Source of the DNA: Diplonema japonicum
Lineage: Eukaryota; Protista; Euglenozoa: Diplonemea
Assembly (NCBI GenBank): GCA_964019335.1
Contig: OZ025683.1
Span: 62,001-126,000 of the forward strand
Direction: 5' to 3'
DNA length: 64,000 nt
Shown: piece by piece, positions 58,998-64,000 of the stretch
Position numbering within the stretch: the first letter of the stretch is position 1
Layout of the letters: every line of letters starts with the position of its first letter
Notes under the pieces: model-generated
Told to the model about the DNA's origin: nothing
Databases searched by the model: none
What the model saw: the letters and a program-made list of their open reading frames with translations, nothing else
Made by a program: the position numbers and the translations under genes

Positions 58998-60236
58998 ATG
59001 TTACAGCGAACAATGCGGAATTGCATAACATCTGTGCCGCGGAGGTTTTACGTGTCAGCGGAACAGCTGACGATTGTGAGGGAAAAACACTACCATTTGT
59101 CGAAGTTTGCCGAAAGCGTTGAACGGTACGCAGGCATGGAGCCAAGCAGGAGGACTGTCCAAGAACAACTAGACTTCGGAGTGGCCGCCATCAAAGACAG
59201 AAGGCTCTTAATCGACTCCGCTAGGTTTCTACAGCAAGAAATGTTGATCAGGCTCGCCAGGACCATAAGAAGCTTTCAAAACCTCCCCTACATAGTGGGG
59301 ATCAACGCTAGGATACAAGACGTCTACGTCAAGTGTTGGGATTGGTTCGTCACACTTCACAAGTGGACAGAAGAAAACGGACATGTCCAAACAGAGCAGC
59401 AAGAGGAAGCCTTTACACAACACCTTCTAACCGTCTTCGAGGACCACGGCAACCTCATGCACTGCATGCGGCAGGGCATCGCTGAGGTGCGTGAACTCCC
59501 CTCCTCCGACTCTGTCGATTTCGAGTACGTTGACAAGTTCCTGACACAGTTCATCATGCGGCGCATATCCTGGCGTGTTCTTGCTGAGTCGCACCTGGCC
59601 CTGAAGAGGCCAAAGGGAGCACAATACAACGGGGTTTTCAATTTGAAATCGAAGCCATCTTTAATTGCTTTGGATGCTTTTTCAAAAGCGCAATACATAT
59701 GTGAATCAGAGCTGGACAGTGCCCCGCCTTATGTTTTGAAGGGCGACACCGGCACCACCTTTGAGTATATCGACGCACATTTGCATTATGTGCTGTTGGA
59801 GTTGTTCAAGAACAGCATGCGTGCCACTACAATGTTCCACAAGAACACTGCTCCAGAGAAGCTTCCAAAGGTTGTGATGCGGATATGCCATGGCAACGAG
59901 ATCACCTTGACCATCCACGACAAGGGAGGGGGTGTCCCCACCAAGATAGCTGACAACATCTGGGCGTACGGCTTCACCACTGTTAACGAAAACAAACCGT
60001 CTTCTGTCAACGCATACTTCCCTGGTATGCAGGGTGACTCCTTGGACATTGAGGCTATGCAAGGGGATAAAGCCTTGGCTGGTTGGGGCTTTGGTCTTCC
60101 GTTAAGCCGTTGTTATGTGGAGTACCTTGGTGGCACTGTGCAGATTAATAATATGCCGGGGTATGGTTGCGACACCATACTCACGTTGCCCAAGTTAGAC
60201 TCTGAAAACTGTCGTGAGAGGTTGGACTTTGCGTGA
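58998..60236 (+). CDS. Mitochondrial pyruvate/branched-chain ketoacid dehydrogenase kinase (PDK/BCKDK family)
   Basis: Presequence; SARFL..E..IRLA, ELFKNSMRAT, DKGGG, YGFTT, AGWGFGLPLSR.Y..Y.GG, GYGCD. Confidence 0.93.
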   Translation: MLQRTMRNCITSVPRRFYVSAEQLTIVREKHYHLSKFAESVERYAGMEPSRRTVQEQLDFGVAAIKDRRLLIDSARFLQQEMLIRLARTIRSFQNLPYIVGINARIQDVYVKCWDWFVTLHKWTEENGHVQTEQQEEAFTQHLLTVFEDHGNLMHCMRQGIAEVRELPSSDSVDFEYVDKFLTQFIMRRISWRVLAESHLALKRPKGAQYNGVFNLKSKPSLIALDAFSKAQYICESELDSAPPYVLKGDTGTTFEYIDAHLHYVLLELFKNSMRATTMFHKNTAPEKLPKVVMRICHGNEITLTIHDKGGGVPTKIADNIWAYGFTTVNENKPSSVNAYFPGMQGDSLDIEAMQGDKALAGWGFGLPLSRCYVEYLGGTVQINNMPGYGCDTILTLPKLDSENCRERLDFA

Positions 60237-61223
60237 TGCTTGTTTGGTTTTTTTTTTTGTAGAGGTTCGTAAATAGATCCCCCCCCCCCCCCCCCGCCCC
60301 ACAACAAATAATATAAAAGGGAAAAAAAAAAGATTATGCGTGCGCTGTATCCCGTCCCCCTTAATCGAAAGGGCTGTTTTTTTTTTTTTGGTGGGTCGTT
60401 GCTAACCACTTCGTTTCCTATCATTAGTGAGTTTTTTTTCACACCCCCCTCCTTTTTTTGTGGGTCGTAATATTCCCCATTCCGTTCTTTTTTTAAAGTG
60501 AATCTTTTCTTTTTCTCTCTCTCTTTTTGTTTTTCTTTTTTTTTATTCCTCCTTGTACTGCACCGCAGTTTAGTTTTTTTTTTTCTTTTTTCCTTCTTTT
60601 TTTTGTTCTTTTGTCTAAGGACGCACTCCGCGATTTCTTTTACTTTCAAATAAAACAATGATACTCCCCTCCCTGAGCAGTGTTTTTGAAGAAGAAAAAA
60701 AAAAAAACACATTTATGTCCCGAGCACTGCTTCGGTACGTGGCTTAAAAAGCACCTAGTGTTGTTTCCCTTGTTACAATGAGTCACTCCGCCACCAGGAG
60801 CACTCTCCCTTCCATTGCTACCACTGACCTTTTTGGAAGGGGTTTTTTCTCTTTTCCTTTTCCGTCCTTTCATACATATAGGCAACCCCCCCCTTTTTTT
60901 TGGCTACCTTCCAATTCTGCTGCTCGATCCCCCCTTCCTTCTCTTTCATCTACATTTGTTTCTTTTTTTGTCGTCTAACTGTGCTTAAAGCTAAGCACTT
61001 ACTAGACTATTCCTTTGTTCTAAAAAAAAAAAAAAAAATGAAACCTTTTAAAAAAAAATGATTTCAAGTGTCAAAACAACTTTGTTCTTCTCTCCTTTTT
61101 TTTTCTTTTTTCCGAAGACAGTGAAATGGGAACACACCCGTTTTTCTTTTTTTATTAAAAATCTTATTTTTTTATATTGCGTGTATGTTTTAATATATAC
61201 CCCCCCCCCCCCCTGTTTCAGTT

Positions 61224-61259
<36 letters not shown>

Positions 61260-61337
61260 TTGTTGTCTAAATGGGTAAGAGCCAAAAGCAGAAATAAAAA
61301 AAAAAGAAGTGGAAAAAAAAAGAAAAACCTTTATGCT

Positions 61338-61773
61338 ATGATGAACAGAGGGATGAGGGGATCAAATGGCGGCCTTACTGGTTCTAAGTTCGGAAAAGGC
61401 GGACGAGCGAAAGCCAGTGCGACTCAGGAAGAAACCGACCAGTTCCTAGAGGAGCAGAATAACGCACACTTGAAGGAGCTTGGGTCGATGGTCAAGGATC
61501 TGAAGGGGGTAGTGGTAGACATAGGCGATACAGTAGACGAACAATCCAAGTTTCTCGAAACTCTGCAAAACAGCATGAGGGGAGCAACAAGGGCTGTCAA
61601 AGGTACCATAGGAAGGATTGATGATGTGATGAAGTCTGGGGGAAGCAAGCACCTGTGTATTTTGGTATGTAGATGGGGAAAAAAAAAAAAAAACATTCTA
61701 CCCACACTTAAAGATTGCCTTTTCCTTATTCGTCCTGGTTGGGTTGTACTACCTTATAAAGTCTAAAAGCTAG
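61338..61773 (+). CDS. BET1: Bet1-like Qc-SNARE; intron 61665-61713
   Basis: SNARE heptads (EEQNN...L...V..LK....DIG..VDEQ). The spliced last exon supplies the TM anchor IAFSLFVLVGLYYLIKSKS*. Confidence 0.85.
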
Positions 61774-62145
61774 AAATTAAATGAAAAGCCCCCCCCCCCC
61801 CCCCATATTCTAACCTCGTTCCTTTCCCCCGCTTCTTCCCTGTCCTTGTCTCCTTACCCCTCCCTGAAAGAGAAGATCCCCCCCCCCCCCCTCTATTGTG
61901 TAAAGGAGGGTGTTTTTTTTTCTCCTCTTTCTTTTTACTCCGGGAAAAAAAGAAGAGGAAATACACAGAAAAAAAAAGAGAAAAAAAGACAACCGAAAGA
62001 ACCGGGGGGGAAAACAAAAAGAAGTGTGTGTTGGGGAAGAGAGGGGGATCCCCCCCCCCCTGCCTCCCTCCCTCCCCATCTAGTACCATTTTCTATTTTT
62101 TTGAAGAGAGGAAGAAAAAAAATCAATAAAAAGGGTGCCAAAAAA

Positions 62146-64000
62146 ATGCCCGCATGGTCAGCTGGAACGGAGGTTCTTCTGAAGCGTTCTAATGGGGAAT
62201 GGGTGGCGGGGCTGGTGCACAAAGTTGTGGAGAATGCATTAGTGGTGCGATATTCGGGGGGTGACAAGAAGCTGGACAAGACTGTTCCCTTTAAGTTATT
62301 GGAAGACTTTATAAAGATGCCCCCACCCAAGAGAAAACAAGCTGACGACCCCCCTCAATCAAAAACGGCTAAACGAGCTAAGAAAGGGAAGCCCCCCGCC
62401 CCTAGCGATGCGAAGGAAGAGGTGAAGGAACAGAAGAGAAAGAACAAAGCGTTCAACGTGACCAACTTCATGCCGCACGCAATAGAGCTGGGGCTGATCA
62501 GACTCACAGATGATATTGTCTTCAAAAAGAAAGCAGAATGCTCTGCGAACATAGTAGAGGTGGATGGGAAGTATCTCATCAAAGACGAGCAGAGCGGAGC
62601 GACCTTCGCATCGCTGAACCAATGGGCCATCACGATGTACAATGACAAGTCGAAGAACGTCCAGAAGTACTCCTACCGCAAGCGCGACGGTAAGTTCGAG
62701 CTAATCTATTCAGTCATCGCGAAACTGTGTGAACTAAAATCCCGGGAAAGTAGCCGCGGCACCAAGACCGCGGCTGAGAAGACCGAAACCCTTGCTGCCG
62801 CTGCCAAAAAGCCGTGTGGCTCCTGCTCTAGAAAAATCGACAACGCAAGCTATGTGACATGCGCGGCACCGAAGCAGCACCGCCATAAGAACTGCCAACT
62901 GCAGGTACACGCCAGGTGCATAAACCTAGCAGACGCCACACAAATAAACGCAGACCACATCTGGCTATGCGACGTTTGCTTCATCCCGTACATGACAAAG
63001 GTTGAGAAGGTCAACATCCAACAGTACATTATGGGCAATTTAGATGCCTTGCGAGCAATTCGTGCGGAGAAGCAAAGCCTCCGTGGTGTGCTTCCGCGGC
63101 TCCTCGGAGAAGGCCCGTGCGACACCTTCGCTCTCGGCACCGACGGAGAGCTTACCGCCTTGCAAGCAGGCATATCCCATTATTCTTACCGCAACAACAA
63201 GCACAGAGCATGGCTTGCAGAGGTCATCGGCAAGCCCCTTGAGCTGCCCGCCGCGAAGAAGGCTGCTGCTAACGACGTCATCGAACTGGATGACGACGAC
63301 GACGAAGAGCTTGAGGTAGACAGCAACGCAAAAGCCCTCGCTGCGAGGATCGGGAAGGACCACGATGGCAAGCTCACGTGTGTCCCCGTCTCGTCCCTCC
63401 GCCTCTTCGCAGGTCCTATTGAGAAGTACTACAAAACATCACCCTCAGTGGAGTTCAAGCCGCCTAAAAACAACGAAACCCTATTCTTCGACTGTTTGCA
63501 GGGCGACAGGGTCCCCCTCAATTGGTATGTTTACCTCCAGAGGGAAGAAGGCGGTGCGCTGTCAGTGGTGTTCTGGCCTGGTGCGGATAAGCATGCAAAG
63601 GCGGTCAAAATGTGTGACGTGTTGGACTTCCGGGGCGCCTTTGATGGGGAAATGGTGTACATGCACTTCACAGTGGGGCAGGACGTGCTGGGGCTGGCAG
63701 CAGCGACAAGAGAAGTACTGAGAAAGCGGCCTTCTGAGAAGTGCCACCCGTCAGGGATGCGGGTACTACCACTGTCGGCAACGGAACAGGGCCCTGTGCA
63801 CCTCACGATGATTTGTCACGCACCCTACCACGGTGGGAAGGAAAAGAGGGTCCAGGCTCGGACGGCCATCAAGGCCCAGTACTACCTGATCGAGACTGCA
63901 ATGCAGGCAAGGATGAAGAACGCAATACGATCAGCCAAGTCTCTCGGTGAAGAGATCTGCTGGATGCAAACAGAGACGAAGGAGCTTCTCGGTCTCAACC
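62146..64000 (+). CDS. Putative chromatin protein: Tudor/SH3-like + RAMA-like + PHD finger (runs off window)
   Basis: Manual translation is open for over 600 aa: VLLKRSNGEW..G.V, LGLI..D.IVF...A.I...G....TFASLNQWA, CGSC..C..C..H..C..WLCDVC. Confidence 0.75.
   Translation, partial: MPAWSAGTEVLLKRSNGEWVAGLVHKVVENALVVRYSGGDKKLDKTVPFKLLEDFIKMPPPKRKQADDPPQSKTAKRAKKGKPPAPSDAKEEVKEQKRKNKAFNVTNFMPHAIELGLIRLTDDIVFKKKAECSANIVEVDGKYLIKDEQSGATFASLNQWAITMYNDKSKNVQKYSYRKRDGKFELIYSVIAKLCELKSRESSRGTKTAAEKTETLAAAAKKPCGSCSRKIDNASYVTCAAPKQHRHKNCQLQVHARCINLADATQINADHIWLCDVCFIPYMTKVEKVNIQQYIMGNLDALRAIRAEKQSLRGVLPRLLGEGPCDTFALGTDGELTALQAGISHYSYRNNKHRAWLAEVIGKPLELPAAKKAAANDVIELDDDDDEELEVDSNAKALAARIGKDHDGKLTCVPVSSLRLFAGPIEKYYKTSPSVEFKPPKNNETLFFDCLQGDRVPLNWYVYLQREEGGALSVVFWPGADKHAKAVKMCDVLDFRGAFDGEMVYMHFTVGQDVLGLAAATREVLRKRPSEKCHPSGMRVLPLSATEQGPVHLTMICHAPYHGGKEKRVQARTAIKAQYYLIETAMQARMKNAIRSAKSLGEEICWMQTETKELLGLN

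Noticed and set aside
60240-62140. Poly-Phe, poly-Lys and poly-Gly ORFs here and in other spacers
   Set aside because: They are translations of homopolymer-rich UTR and intergenic tracts.

Overview
Eukaryotic, gene-dense genomic DNA, most likely from a euglenozoan protist. A diplonemid is my inference, from long single-strand gene clusters, U-rich trans-splice-like tracts before start codons and many tiny GT-AG cis introns. Host genes from 1 to about 37.9 kb are all on the minus strand and those from 57.2 kb to the end are all on the plus strand. They include an EF-hand protein, a TTL-family ligase, a pseudo-calpain, Sec15, an SDHAF1-like LYR protein, a katanin p60-like ATPase, a SMAP-domain protein, a bacterial-type RtcB, a SCAR-homology protein, FKBP-TPR, a NEET/CISD protein, an Aurora-like kinase, DNMT2, a PDK/BCKDK kinase, a Bet1-like SNARE and a Tudor-RAMA-PHD protein. 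The divergent strand switch (about 38.1-57 kb) is a transposon island. It holds a doubly truncated Polinton/Maverick (pPolB, integrase, protease start), hAT transposase relics, at least two non-autonomous hAT-type families with 7-bp TSDs, and a pogo-type transposase relic. It also contains a 4.3-kb inversion whose breakpoints carry the same TSD and which splits a P-loop ATPase gene. Seven copies of a secreted Cys-rich protein family have a near-invariant core, variable N-terminal domains and mosaic flanks. At least four of them share a covarying 3'UTR stem-loop. This family plus its RNA element is the best candidate for an undescribed system. All family assignments come from motif recognition by eye, not database searches.
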